DNA of 64,000 bases, taken from Azolla caroliniana (Eukaryota > Plantae > Polypodiophyta). Positions 47,985-61,185 of this stretch are shown here, one piece after another. The position numbers were made by a program, and so were the translations under genes. The stretch lies in assembly GCA_043228905.1 (NCBI GenBank), contig JBHGNT010000018.1, forward strand, positions 12,586,001-12,650,000. Reading direction: 5' to 3'. Each line of letters begins with the position of its first letter. Positions within the stretch are counted from its first letter, which is position 1. The notes beneath the pieces are model-generated. The model was not told the origin of the DNA. It searched no databases and saw only the letters and a program-made list of their open reading frames with translations.

Positions 47985-48308
47985 CTTCTCTTTGTGCTTG
48001 GATAAGATTTTTCCACACTTTTGGTATTGCAAGCTGCCATGACAAGTCCTCTTTATCGTTGCTTTTGGGAGAGTTTAAGTCAATAGTCACATTACTATAC
48101 GATGAAAGGCCAAGTGCAAATAGTGCATGATGAAATGGCACTCCTAATGATAAAAGTTTTAGGGTCAACATTGAATAGACCAAACCAGCTATAAATTGAG
48201 ATTCCATTGAAACATGGAACTTGACTTACCAGCATTAGTACAAAACTTAAGAAGAGGAGAAAGCAACAACTTAGGATCCGATTGTGGCATACAATTCATT
48301 AGAAGAAT
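47985..48308 (-). pseudogene. FPGS: Two exons of folylpolyglutamate synthase (C-terminal region), isolated gene fragment
   Basis: Exons 48230-48308 and 47985-48143 with a GT-AG intron in matching phase give ILLMNCMPQSDPKLLLSPLLKFCTNAGVPFHHALF...DLSWQLAIPKVWKNL. This matches the recalled plant FPGS motif ILLFNCMSVRDP.LLL...C...GV.F..ALF...DLSWQ..LQ.VW..L. Confidence 0.85.
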
Positions 48309-49146
48309 CTGAACAAAAGAAATAGCGCAATTAATTCATCCAGTAGGAATTTGAAACCAAAAAGTAAAATTAAAGCAACATCTAAATTTACATGCAATCA
48401 ACGAACTTGTTCAAAAGAGAAATGGACCTAGTTAAAGTCAAGATTGGTATGTAGTTCTCTTGAATTTGTCTTGGAATTGTGCATATTCCTGAGGAATAAT
48501 TTATCATTGATTTTCATCAATTTGGTTCCCTAGGAGGTTTTAACTCATGGATGAGTCAAACATTTTTCAGATATGATACCTTTTGGATCTCTTACACCAT
48601 TCCTTCCTTTAAAATATGTTATTTCATCTTTCTTTCTTCCATTCCGACCTATATCACACCAAGAGAGCCTCTTCCCATCAAACTAGAGTGTTCCTATTGA
48701 ACGCATTATAGCCTTCAATTAGTTGTGAGGAGATCAACCAGAAGTTATACCAATTGTTGTAGAGTACTTAGCATACAATATGCATAGAATACTTATCCTT
48801 AGTATTCTAAAGTATTCTACCCCTTTTTTTAAGTACTTAGAATACGTATCTACAGGTAAAATACATAGAATACGTGAGAAACAAGCTAAATATTTTGTAA
48901 ATTTTAAGGCTTAAAAAAAATAGCTTTTTGGAATATGTGCATGTGTTCATACATGCATGCAAACACAAATATACAAACACAACCATCCATATGCAAATAC
49001 ACATACACACATACTAACATACGAACATGGGTAAAAACTTTGGCCATACCAGATCTCTCCTTCGTCCTCAGGCTCCAATTGTGCCTCTTTCTCCATAATG
49101 GGAGAGAAAACCCTAAAAGAGGCTCAACAAAAACCTTTGAAGGCAC

Positions 49147-49189
<43 letters not shown>

Positions 49190-49190
<1 letters not shown>

Positions 49191-52100
49191 ATTACGGGCA
49201 TGACCATTTAATATCCCGTGGTGAGAATTTACCGTAGTATTCTATACATGTGGATAAGTGTGAGGGTTAAACGAGAGTGTAAAGAAGGGGAGGATTACTT
49301 TTAATCCTCGAGATTGAGACAACCCATTAGGTCAAGTGTGAACTTGCATGGGGGCCTTGGGTATCGCTATAAATAAGAGGCCTAGCTACTCTCATTTGAT
49401 GATCTTTTGACTACATCGAGACTCTGCTCTTGTGGTGGGTCAACTCTTGTAGCGAGCGCGCCAGCACCAAGTGCGACTCGACGCCATGGCGGTGGTATGG
49501 GACGCCGATCGAGGCTCGAGTTCGTCTCGATCCCTTCGCTCGGGGGTGGTCGGGTGGATCAGCACCCTTTTTTCTCTTTCTCCTTTCTATCTATCATTAG
49601 TTTATCCTTATCTTAAGCTTGCTTTAGTACCTAGATCTCTAATATTTGGTATCAAATTTATGTACTAATGTTTCTTTGTTTGTCTTTGGTCTTTTGATTG
49701 ATGGTGATCGATCGTTGTGCGGTCGGCCTTGATCCAGACAACGATCAACAAAGAACTTCGGTAACTCTTTCCGTAATAATGTTTTTTCTTTCTATTCTCT
49801 CTTCTCCCATCTAGTCATGTGTTTAGTTTATATGTCTTTTTTTTTCATTAAGTCAATGATGTTGTACTGGTCTTTAATTGATTATCTAAAACGTTTACAT
49901 ATGTGCATGAGGTCAATACCTCGTTTGACATATAAATAATATGTGATGAGTGTCGTATGCGTACGAGGTTAATACCTCAATTACGTATTACGTTCACGAA
50001 CGTATGTTACGTTTGTGTATGAGTTTAATACCTTGATTTGTTGTAAAGGATATGCATTTGGTCTCGTATGCGTAAGAGGTCAATACCTCAATTTCGTATT
50101 ACGATGATCTCTTATTTGTGGATGTTTCATGTGCGTAGAGGTATATACCTCGATTACGTATCTCGATCACATCATTTGTGGCTATTTAATATAACTATAA
50201 CTTTAATATAGGCATATGTGGTCACGTATATACGTATTTGATCGTATATATGTGATAAGTAAACATATGTGTATATTCATTATTGCGTGATTATATCGAA
50301 AGTTGTCCTTGTGGGGAAAAGGATGTTGGTGGCCGTCCTCACATTTTTGTGAGAATGGCGTTGTCACCATCCCTTTTTCAACAATTTTTTATTGTTGACA
50401 ACCCCGTTGATGACCTCGATTTCGTTACGTAAAGAAACGCCTATAGGCATAATGATGTTGAGTACGTAGGGCTTGATCCACTTCAAGTGAGGTCGCTCCA
50501 ATGACACACGTATCCAACATCCCTCCCTCGTTACATGGATACGATGCCACCATGAGCTCGTTCTTACGAGAGGCATTCATAATGACGTGACCATGTGATG
50601 GGCCACGTGGGCCTACTACGAAACGAGGGCTCATTTGGCTTGACCATTAGGTTGCACTTTGGCGTATGCCATCGTAATTACGAGACTTGAGGTTAGGTAA
50701 CGTACCAACATAGTTTTGGTAAATGAGGGCGAAATAAGGACCCTTGACATATATGTTCTTTTAAAAAAAACAAATATGATCAAATGCCTTGCATATCTCT
50801 TATACGCATCAAACATTAAGCATTCGAGAAGAGCAACTTACTTGGTTGGCTCAAGTGTTTAATGTATTTGTTCTCGAGGTCTCGAGTTCAAATATAACCA
50901 AGACCATACAACATCCTTGATACATATGACTATAACACATGTTTAGACTTAAGGTCTAAGTGCACCTCGGGGTCCTCGTAATAGGACTTAAAGAGCCGAA
51001 ACCACATATGTGGGCAAAGAAACATAGTTTATTGTTAACGTTTTTTTCGTGCATAAACTACTCATGAAGCGAACATACATGGTTGAGCCTCGGGGAGCCG
51101 CCATGAAAAAATCGATATAGATCTTGAACCTCATCGCATACGTCTAGAGGGGTATTGACGTGAGATCATGATATCGATTAATGTTTGTCCATGATATATT
51201 TACATCACGACAAGATGTTATGACTATCTCTATGACCTTATCCTATTTCTTTTCTAGAAATAATCTTTAATGGCTCAAATTAACGACCTGATGTCATCCG
51301 CTCAAGCGGAAGGAACTCAAGGGAATCCTCCTGGACAAATGTCCACTGAGATGTATTTGGCACAAATAACCCAATACCTTAGTTTCACCGCTCAACAGAT
51401 GACCGAACTTCGGCAATCTTAGAGTGCTCTTGAGGCACGTGTCATTAGTCTACAATGTGAGACTAATAGACCTGATGAGCGACAAGGTGAACCATCATTT
51501 GTCGTTAAGCCATTTATGGGAGACAAAAAGGAAAGAACCGAAGAAGCAATCTGCACATGGTTGGGACGATGGGAGTCTCATTTTGAGCTCTATCCCACGC
51601 CAGATAGTACGAAGATTGCATATGTCGGCCGAGAACTCGGCGGTAAGGCCGTCGCTTGGTGGCGTGGGCTCCGTATTATGGGGAAATTGCCCGATACCTG
51701 GACAGATTTTGTCACGGTTTTTAAGGGCCAATTTTTGCAACCTCCCTCTTGAACCGAGGCAACACAAGCTTTAATGAACCTCTCTAGTAGGAAATTTTCC
51801 TCTCTAGAAGACTATGTTCACCATGCTAGAACCCAAATCCAAAAATCGGGTCTAGAAGGGGACAATTGGTTGATAGCTTGTTTTGTTAATGGCATCCCCA
51901 ATTCGGACTATCACTGGATAGTGCACGACAAGGATTCAAAATCCTTCGAAGAGGCCGTTGAAATAGTTCTTCGCTATCAACGCACTTCGAAGAAGGACCA
52001 CAACAAACCCAACGAAGCGCCCGGGACTAAGCAGTCGCAATTCGTTGGGAAACGCAAGACACCCAACGAATTCCTGGATCGCGATTGTAAGCAACAACAT

Positions 52101-55100
52101 CCTTTTTGCGTATTTTGCAAAAAGAAGGGTCATACAAAAGATCAATGTCGAAAGCTCCAACGGAAAGAGCACAACAAAGCTAAAGCTGAAGACCATAAAG
52201 GTCAGATTCCTAATGTCCTTCAGGTCTATACACATCATTTAAGTAATTGTCAATGTTCTTTCCCTCATTATGTATTGGGATCCAATGATTTACTACGTGC
52301 AAACGAGTATGTCAATGGATCTCCTGTACAATTTTTATTTGATTCGGGAAGCTCACACAATTTTGTGAATGATCGTTTGGTTCAGATATGGGGAATCCAA
52401 CCCACCGTAAGTGATCACACCTACACGGTGCACTTGGCTGATGGAAGGGTACAATACATCAACGGGGCGATTCATTCATTAGGAATTTCTATTGATACTG
52501 ATATATAGGAAGTAGAATTCCATGTAATGAATCTTTGTACCACCGATGTAATACTGGGTTATCCCTGGTTTTATAATAAAAACTCTTCTTTATCTATTGA
52601 TTGGGTTCATCATTCCATTTCTTTTGTACTGAACGATTGTACGCATTTTATTCAATGTGTAAAAAAACAATCCCTCTCGATTGTTTCCTCGTGTCCATCA
52701 ATATCCGAGTTGTCTTGTTCTACTCTATTTTATTGTGTACTTGATCCGGACATTCACGTTTATAATATCGATAATGTCTCGGTTCAATTAACATATTTTG
52801 AACAACAACAACTTGATGAAATCTTAAATGATTTTCATGATGTTTTTCCAAGTGAACTACCTAATGGCTTACCTCCTAAACGTAATATAGAACATCGTAT
52901 AGATATTGTACCTGGTGTTGCACCAATAAGCATACCTCCATATCGCTTAAGTTGATCCGAAGAAGATGAGGTATCTAAGCAACTCAAGGACTATTTACGA
53001 ATGGGTTATATACATTATAGTAAATCTCCATGGGGTGCACCAGTTCTCTTGGTAAAAAAGAAAGAGGGCAAATGGCGTATGTGTATTAATTACCAATGCT
53101 TGAATAAAGTGACGATCAAGAATTCATACCCATTGCCCCGGGCTGACGATCTAATTGACCGTCTCCAGGGAGCTCGGTATTTTACGAAACTTGATCTACG
53201 TACTGGTTACCATCAAATACGAATTATTGAGGACGATGTTCCTAAAACGGCATTTCGTACGCGCTATGGCCATTATGAGTTTTTGGTTATGCCTTTTGGT
53301 TTGACCAATGCTCCGGCTACATTTTAACAAGAAATGAATGACATTTTCCGAGAACAACTTAGAAAATTTGTCGTTATTTTCTTGGATGATATTTTAGTTT
53401 ATAGTTGAACATTAAAAGAACATGTTAGACATGCCCGCTTTGTTTTACAAACATTGCGTGACAAACAGTTTTATGCGAAGATCTCAAAATGTGAGTTCTT
53501 CAAGAAATCAATTACTTATCTAGGACATCTCATAACCGAACGAGGAGTTGAAATTGATCCTTCTCGCATTGAGAAAATCAAGCTTTGGCCCACTCTTCGA
53601 AATATTCGAGAAGTTCGATCATTCCTTGGTTTTGTCAGGTTTTTGCGAAAGTCTCTTCGTAATTACTCCCAATTGACGACGCCGTTTACTGATCTTTTAA
53701 AAGGTCAAACGTGTAAGTCTACAAAACCTATTGTGTGGAATGCTACACTAGACCTCGCCTTTAAGGAACTCAAGGACCTGGTTTGCAAGGCTCCTTCACT
53801 TCTTTTACCTGATCCTTCAAAAACTTTTGAGGTTGAAACCGATGCAAGCGATTATGCTATAGGTGTTGTCTTATATCAAGATGGTAAACCAATAGCATTT
53901 GAGAGTAAGAAACTTGATTCTACTCAATGTCGGTATACCATTCAAGAAAAGGAATTATTTGCAGTTATACATATGCTCAAAACATGGCGCCATTATCTTT
54001 ATGGAAATCGCTTTGTGGTAACTACGGACCACGAGTCCTTGAAATATTTTTGTGACCAACAAGACCTAAAAGGTCGTAAGGCACGATGGGCTGATCTCAT
54101 CCAGGACTTTGATTTTTCCATACGATATCGTAAAGGTTCCATGAACACTGTCGCTGATGCACTAAGTCGCATCTGTGAAGTTAACATGCTTAGCTTCACT
54201 GAAATAACATCAGATCTTTATGATCACCTTCGAGAAAAGTATCCTGATGACAGTTATTTTGCAAAATACTGGGCAAGAGTTGAGTCTGGAACAGACACCA
54301 TCACATGCTAGAAGGAATACTTCCACATTACTAACGGTTTGCTCTACCATAATGGGAAGGTTTGTGTTCCAGATTTACCCAAGGTCAAAAAGAGGATTCT
54401 TTTTGAATGCCATGATGCACCCTCAGCAGGGCACCCTGGAATACATCGTACACTCGTTCTCATCTCCACTCAATTTTATTGGCCTAAGATGCGTCCTAAC
54501 ATACATAGCTATGTGACTAAATGTCACCAGTGTCAGCTTAACAAAGCCGAGCGACTTAAAGCCGCAGGACTTTTGCATCCCTTGGACATTCCCAATAATA
54601 AGTGGGAAAGCATATCCATGGATTTTATTGTTAGCCTTCCTCGCACCCAAAAAGGTCATGATGCCATCTGGGTTGTCGTTGATCGACTAACTAAAATGGC
54701 CAGATTTATTGCTACTAAAACCACGGTAACAGCTCCTGAATTGGGTTACTAATTCGTTGACGAATTATTTCGTTTTTATGGGTTACCGATGGATATCGTG
54801 AGTGATCGAGATCCAAAGTTTACTAGTGACTTCTAGACGCAAGTCTTTAAGAAGTTAGAAACTACGTTGAGCATGAGCTCCACAGATCATCCTCAATCCG
54901 ATGGACAGACAGAACGAGTAAATCAAATTATTGAGGACATGCTTGGAGCATACGTTGGTGCAAAACCAACAAAATGGGAACATTATCTCCCAATTTTGGA
55001 GTTTGCTTATAACAGCTCCAAGCATACGTCAACGGGATATAGTCCTTTTATGTTGATGTATGGTTTTCAACCACAAGCCTCGATTGATGTTAATATACAT

Positions 55101-56140
55101 CATGATGAGTTGTGAAGTACGCAAAAATTTCTTCGGGATATGCAAGATATGTTGCATATTGCACGAGATAATATAAAAACAGCTCAAGATAGAGTGCGTT
55201 TTTATGCCGACCATCATAGGCAACCTCGTGTTTTCAACCCTGGACAGAAGGTATTTTTACGTGTACCTCACAATTCTAAGACATTGTCTACGGGTAAGTG
55301 AGCTAAGTTAGCCCCACGGTTTTGTGGACCTTTTACAGTCCTCAAACGCATTGGGTCATCAGCATATCGTCTCACTCTTCCCAATGGTGTTGGAATTCAT
55401 CCAGTCTTTCATGTGAGTCGTCTAAAAGAACTTCTAGGTTCTGGCGACAATACAGTTACAACTGAAACTCTGGTTACTTCTGAAGAATTGTCTTCTAAAC
55501 CACATGTACCAGAAAGAATTCTCGATGTTAAAACAAAAAAATTACGTACTAAAGAAATCCGAGAATTTAAAATAAAATGGATGGATAAATCAATAAAAGA
55601 TGCCACATGGGAGCGCGAAAAAAACTCAGAACTAATTTCCCTAACTTTCCATTGCAAGAGTGCAATGTTTTAAAGAGGGGGAGTATGTTACGGGCATGAC
55701 CATTTAATATCCCGTGGTGAGAATTTACCATAGTATTCTATACATGTGGATAAGTGTGAGGGTTAAACGAGAGTGTAAAGAAGGGGAGGATTACTTTTAA
55801 TCCTCGAGATTGAGACAACCCATTAGGTCAAGTGTGAACTTGCCTGGGGGCCTTGGGTATCGCTATAAATAAGAGGCCTAGCTACCCTCATTTGATGATC
55901 TTTTGACTACATCAAGACTCTGCTCTTGTGGTGGGTCAACTCTTGTAGCAAGCACGCCAGCACCAGGTACGACTCGACGCCACGGCGGTGGTATGGGACG
56001 CCGATCGAGGCTCGAGTCCGTCTCGATCCCTTCGCTCGGGGGTGGTCGGGTGGATCGGCACCCTTCTTTCTCTTTCTCCTTTCTATCTATCATTAGTTTA
56101 TCCTTATCTTAAGCTTACTTTAGTACCTAGATCTCTAATA
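49190..56140 (+). mobile_element. Ty3/Gypsy chromovirus F inserted in a (CT)n microsatellite
   Basis: 455-bp LTRs 49190-49644 and 55686-56140; (CT)n on both flanks; Met-type PBS tggtatca at 49647; PPT agagggggag; ~1.6-kb 5' UTR. Confidence 0.93.
51270..55673 (+). pseudogene. Degenerate gag-pol of F with C-terminal chromodomain
   Basis: [76 protein letters not shown]...DATWE; many nonsense codons. Confidence 0.93.
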
Positions 56141-56365
56141 CTCTCTCTCTCTCTCTTTAATACAAATTATGTTAAACATAACTAGAGATTAATGGGTCCA
56201 CATTGATCAGGTCAATTATGATCACATCATTGTATGGTATCGACTTACTAAGTTCTAGTCTAAATATCTCATGTAGTAACATGTCTTTCAATATTAAGTT
56301 TACACAATGTCCATCAATCTCACAAACCATATATATTAACCATTTGGTTAAGTGTGTGTCCACTT

Positions 56366-56720
56366 AAGCTATGATTAATAGCTCATTAGGTGGACTTAAA
56401 TTAGGGGAAAGCTATTAATCGATTAATAGCTCATTATGTGGACTCACATTAGGGGAAAGCTATTAATCGATCAATAGCTTATTATGTGAGCTCACATAAA
56501 GGAAAAACTATTAATCAATTAATCGGTCATTATGTGGACTCACATTAGGGTAAAATTATTAATCGATTAATAGCTCATTATGTGAACTCACATAAAAAAA
56601 AAACTATTAATCGATTAATAGCTCATTATGTGGACTCACATGAAGGGAAAGCTATTAATCGATTAATAGCTCGTTATGTGAACTTACATAAAGGAAAAAC
56701 TATTAATCGATTAATAGCTA
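56366..56720. repeat. 48-bp minisatellite built from two palindromes (~7.5 units)
   Basis: AGCTATTAATCGATTAATAGCT variants recur at 48-bp spacing (56410, 56458...56698), alternating with ATGTG(AG/GA)CTCACAT. Confidence 0.92.
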
Positions 56721-57276
56721 TTGATCTATTAGCACAAGTATTTGCATTCAAATCCCTACTTTTAGGTATTTTTGTTGCACTATCTCAACCAAGTACGTGG
56801 ATTGTTTCTCCTAAACCACATGCCACATATCAAACTAACAACATTAGGCACAATCTCCAAATAGTTACCACCTAAAATATGTAGAGAACCACGCCATCTA
56901 AACTATGCACAAGACCTCCCTTCTATTCTTTCTCTCGTATTCATACCATAGACACCAAAAAATAGACATAGGAAAGAAACGTGGTGAGTGACATGGATTG
57001 CAACAGTGTGGGAGCAATTGTTCACCTTTCCCTTGCATTCAATGTGCACACTTAACAGAATGTCTACTATAGATCATAGAACATACATCATGTTGAACAA
57101 ATTTCTCAACCCTGAGATAAACACTTCTTTCAAAAAGCAATAGTGAATATTTTGTAATTAGAGTAACATTAAGTAGCATTTGGAATGGATTGGACACCCA
57201 TTAAGCTTCAACATTAAGTCCAAGTTCACTATGTTACCTTTGTTGATAATCTCTATTATGCGATATTCCAAAGAAG

Positions 57277-57567
57277 CTAAGCGATGTCAGGGTGGTCAAA
57301 GTCATCATCGAAGGAGTTCAAGAAATTGGAGTCGAGGGGTCGAGAGTCAATGATGGAGTCAGAGAAGAAGTCGGTGGTGTCGTCGTTGTCGAGGTCGAGC
57401 TCCATAGCCATAGTACATGCTGAAGCAAAAGAAGAATAAGGTGCAATAGAAGGAAGGATTGTGGAAACAACGGTGGCGGCAGAAGAAGAAGAATCTTCCA
57501 TCCCTCCAAGCGATGGGGGCTTCATCTCTGTCTTGCTTCTTCCATTCTTCTTCTTTCTGCTCCTCAT
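57277..57567 (-). CDS. SMAP1: Small acidic protein (SMAP1 / CSN9-CSNAP-like), intact 96-aa ORF; gene or captured copy
   Basis: C-terminus TMAMELDLD...LDSNFLNSFDDDFDHPDIA matches the recalled F/D-rich SMAP motif (SMAMDVD...DADFFNKFDDDFDDTDIN). Confidence 0.8.
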   Translation of the reverse strand: MRSRKKKNGRSKTEMKPPSLGGMEDSSSSAATVVSTILPSIAPYSSFASACTMAMELDLDNDDTTDFFSDSIIDSRPLDSNFLNSFDDDFDHPDIA

Positions 57568-57712
57568 CTCAGTCTGTCAATCTTCTTGTTCTTCTTCTCT
57601 CTTTTTTTATATCGTAATTAGCTTACCTTAGTGGTAAGTCGATAACACTACAAGCACTATGTTTCCTCACCTCTCTATTATATACTTCATATATATCTCT
57701 ATTTCACTAGAT

Positions 57713-57788
57713 GCCACTGTGGAATGTAGGGGTTGAACCCATGACCGTCTGGTCTCCATTGGCCAACCTTACCAACTAAGCTACATCC
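57713..57788 (-). mobile_element. tRNA-derived SINE head remnant
   Basis: The minus strand reads ggatg TAGCTTAGTTGG taagg...tcatg GGTTCAACCC, with A and B boxes at tRNA-like spacing. Confidence 0.6.
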
Positions 57789-57909
57789 ATCTGGGCTTCT
57801 TCTTCTCTCTCCCCCCCCCCCCCCCCCCTTTCTTCTTTTTCCCCCTTAACTTTTTGCAAAAACATAACACACATAATTTGTAATCTTCCCCCATTTTTTC
57901 AAACAATTA

Positions 57910-57938
57910 GTGTCAATTGTATGTATTATATGCATGTG

Positions 57939-57976
<38 letters not shown>

Positions 57977-59629
57977 ACATGTGTAGGTGTGTATATGTGT
58001 ATGTCTTGTGTGTATAGATATACATATGTGCATATTGTATTGTATTGTATATATTGTATGTATAGCATGTGTGTATGTATGTACATATTGTATTGTATGC
58101 ATTGTGTGTATGGCATGTGAGTATGTAAGGTATGCGTTTTGTGGTTGTGTGTATGTTTTATGTATATATGTGTGTATGTATGTACAAATGGATGGATGTA
58201 TGGATGTAAGTTTGTAACATTTATACATGTATCATGGAAGGCATGTGCATGTATATACGTGTAACAATGTACTGATGTATATATATGTGCACATGTATTT
58301 TTCTATGCATATTTTTAGGGAATGATGTATGATTGTAAAATTTATACGTGTATCATTGTAGGCATATGTGCGTGTATACGTGTAGCAATGTATGAATGAA
58401 TATATGTATGTCCATATACGAATGTACATGTGTGTATGTATATGTAATGTATGTATGTGTACATGCATATATGCATATGTCAATGTACATGATTCAATGT
58501 GCATGGATGTGTGATTGTAACATGTGCATTATATGTAATGTATGTATGCGTATCTATATGTAGCAATGTATAAATGAATATATGTATTTCCATGTACTAA
58601 TGTACATATATGCATAATATCTATAAAAATAATTAATGTATGTATATATGTACTATTTAGGGTATGTATGAATATGTGTGTGTGTGTGCGCACGCATATA
58701 TGTATCTATGTGTGCATATATGCATATTTCAATGTGCATGGATGTGTGTTTGTAATATGTATGAATATATGTATGTGTATATATGTAATGCATTTATGTA
58801 TGTACATATATTTTCGGGATATTTTCATGTTTAGTATGTGTATGGCTCGTATATGGATGTATGTATGTAATATGCATGTATATATCCGATGTATGTGTAA
58901 GTATACATATATCTAATGTGTGTATATATGTAACTTGTAAGTAATGTAGTTTGCATGGTTTCGTATAATCTATATATATGGTGATATGTGGAATATGTAT
59001 GTGCAATATAATATATCAATCTATGTATCTATGTGTATGTAAATTTCTTTGTTGTATAATATGTATGGATTATATGACATGTAATATCTAATTTATTTGT
59101 GTGTGTGTGTGTGTGTATACATATATAATATATGTAACTTGTTTGTATGTGTAAAAATTTGTATGACATATAATATGTAAATTATTTATATTTTTTGTGT
59201 TTGGTATGTATACATATATGCAATTGCATATAATTGTGTGTATAATGATATATGTGTGTAATATGTACTATATAAAATATTTTTGTAAGAATATGTAGTA
59301 TATATATATGTCAATATATATGGTTGATATATATATAGGGTTTAGGGTTACATATACTTGAAATATATAACCCTAAACCCCTAAACCCTATATGGTTGAT
59401 TATACATACATACATATGTATGTATTTATGCATGTATTTATATATGTAGTATGCAATGTATTTATGTATGTGTATGTAAATATTTACACATGGTAATATA
59501 TATTTGTACATATATTTATGTTTAATCAATATGCATGTATAAATCGGTGTAATGTGTGTATATACATATTCATGGATGTAATGTTTGAATGTAGGTATAT
59601 ATGCATGCATGTATATGTATGTATATATG
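57910..59629. repeat. (TATG)n-rich interior of TIR element copy 2
   Basis: Shares specific non-trivial strings with 10200-12640, e.g. gggatattttcatgtttagta, ggtgatatgtggaatatg, tttgaatgtaggtatatatg. Confidence 0.85.
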
Positions 59630-59950
59630 CATAGATTGAACCATGCGTGATATGCGTGGTATTCGACATCCGCAATATTCGTAGTATTCGAGAATATAAA
59701 ATTGGTCCAAGAATATTATAAAACCATTCATTTATGGAAAATAAATTTACATAATAAAAATTATTCAATTCACTTAAAAAAAAAGGAAAAATCACCAATT
59801 GATAGAAAAATGGAAGGTCTTCAAAATCACACTAACATAAGAAAGAAAAGTTTTAATTAAAGCGATTATGAGCCCTTTTGATGCATCTGAATGGATGATT
59901 TTAGATGATTTTGTCTTTGACCTTTTGCTTAGAGTTCATGTATTTGAAAG
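59630..59950. mobile_element. Terminus of an outer hAT-like element; probably continues at 61186-62051 and beyond H
   Basis: Begins catagattgaaccatgcgt, similar to the inner element's catagtatgaaccatgcgt, with TTCG subterminal repeats. Confidence 0.6.
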
Positions 59951-61185
59951 CATAGTATGAACCATGCGTACCATTCGTGCATTCGTGTTCGAGAATGATT
60001 CAATCATTCGAGAATGATAAACACTCTCGAAGAATGATAAATACCATACTTTTGGATAAATGGTTTACTATAAGGTAAACATTTTTTCACGGAAAAAAAA
60101 TTTAAAAAATTGCAAAAAAAAACATATTACCTTCTTAATAACAATATGCTTTTTTTCGTAAATTCTAATAACAACTACCCAAAATGCCTAGTCTCCAAAA
60201 AAATCCTCAATGAGGTGTTACATCAAAACGAGCATTCCTAATCTTCATTCAAGGTGATATCATCATCTTCAAAATCATCATCCTCAAAATCATCATCCTC
60301 ATCTTGTGCATTATCATCAAGATAAGACATCACATTGGTGAGGCTCTCATTTTCATCAACTTCTTGTGCTTCTTGTTCACTTTGCAACACCAATAATCGT
60401 TCTTCATCATTTTCTTTCTCTATCATGTCAATAGTAACCTCAATAGGATTGAAACCTCTTTCTTTAATCCTCTTAAGAATACGAAGATTTGTGTGCAAAA
60501 AAACCAATTTTTGCACATGATTTGAACTCAATCTATTTCTCCTTTTAGTATGTATTAATGAAAATGTACTTCAATCATCACTGAAATTTCAGAAATTTTG
60601 ATTGAAATTTCAGAAATTTCAGAAATTTCACGATGAAATTTCATCACAGAAATTTCAGAAATTTCACAATGAAATTTCATCACAGAAATTTCAGAAATTT
60701 CAATCAAAATTTCTGAAATTTCAGTGATGATTGAAATTTCAGAAAATTTGATTGAAATTTCAATCATCACTAAAATTTCGTTGATGAAATTTCATCACAG
60801 AAATTTCTGTGATGAAATTTCTGAAATTTCGTGATGAGATTTCTGATTTTTTAGCACAGAAATTTATGATATTTTAGCACAGAAATTTCTGATTTTTCAG
60901 CACAGAAATTTCATCACTGAAATTAAAACCATATTTCTACACTAAATATACCTGAAGGTTGAATGCACTCTGCAGAATCGCAAATCGTTTGAGGCTAGGT
61001 TGTAGAGGAGAAGAGAGCGTAACGTTAGTGCAGAGGAAAAGGGAGAAAAGAGGGAAAAATTGAAAAAAATTGAAAAAAAAATGAAAAAAAAAAAAAAACA
61101 CGAATATTTGCATATCATTCGTGTTCGTTTTCCAACGTATGAAAACGAATGATATGGCAGACGAACACGAATTTTACGTACTATG
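59951..61185 (-). mobile_element. Non-autonomous hAT deletion derivative
   Basis: 8-bp TSD tttgaaag (59943-59950 / 61186-61193); CATAGTA TIRs; transposase C-terminus IHTKRRNRLSSNHVQKLVFLHTNLRIL at 60238-60555; GAAATTTCA array at 60580-60925. Confidence 0.9.

Noticed and set aside
50845-50905. Weak A/B-box-like remnant in the F leader
   Set aside because: Too degenerate to support a SINE or tRNA call.
56366-56720. CRISPR-like array of palindromic repeats
   Set aside because: The spacers are copies of each other, no cas genes are present and the context is eukaryotic.
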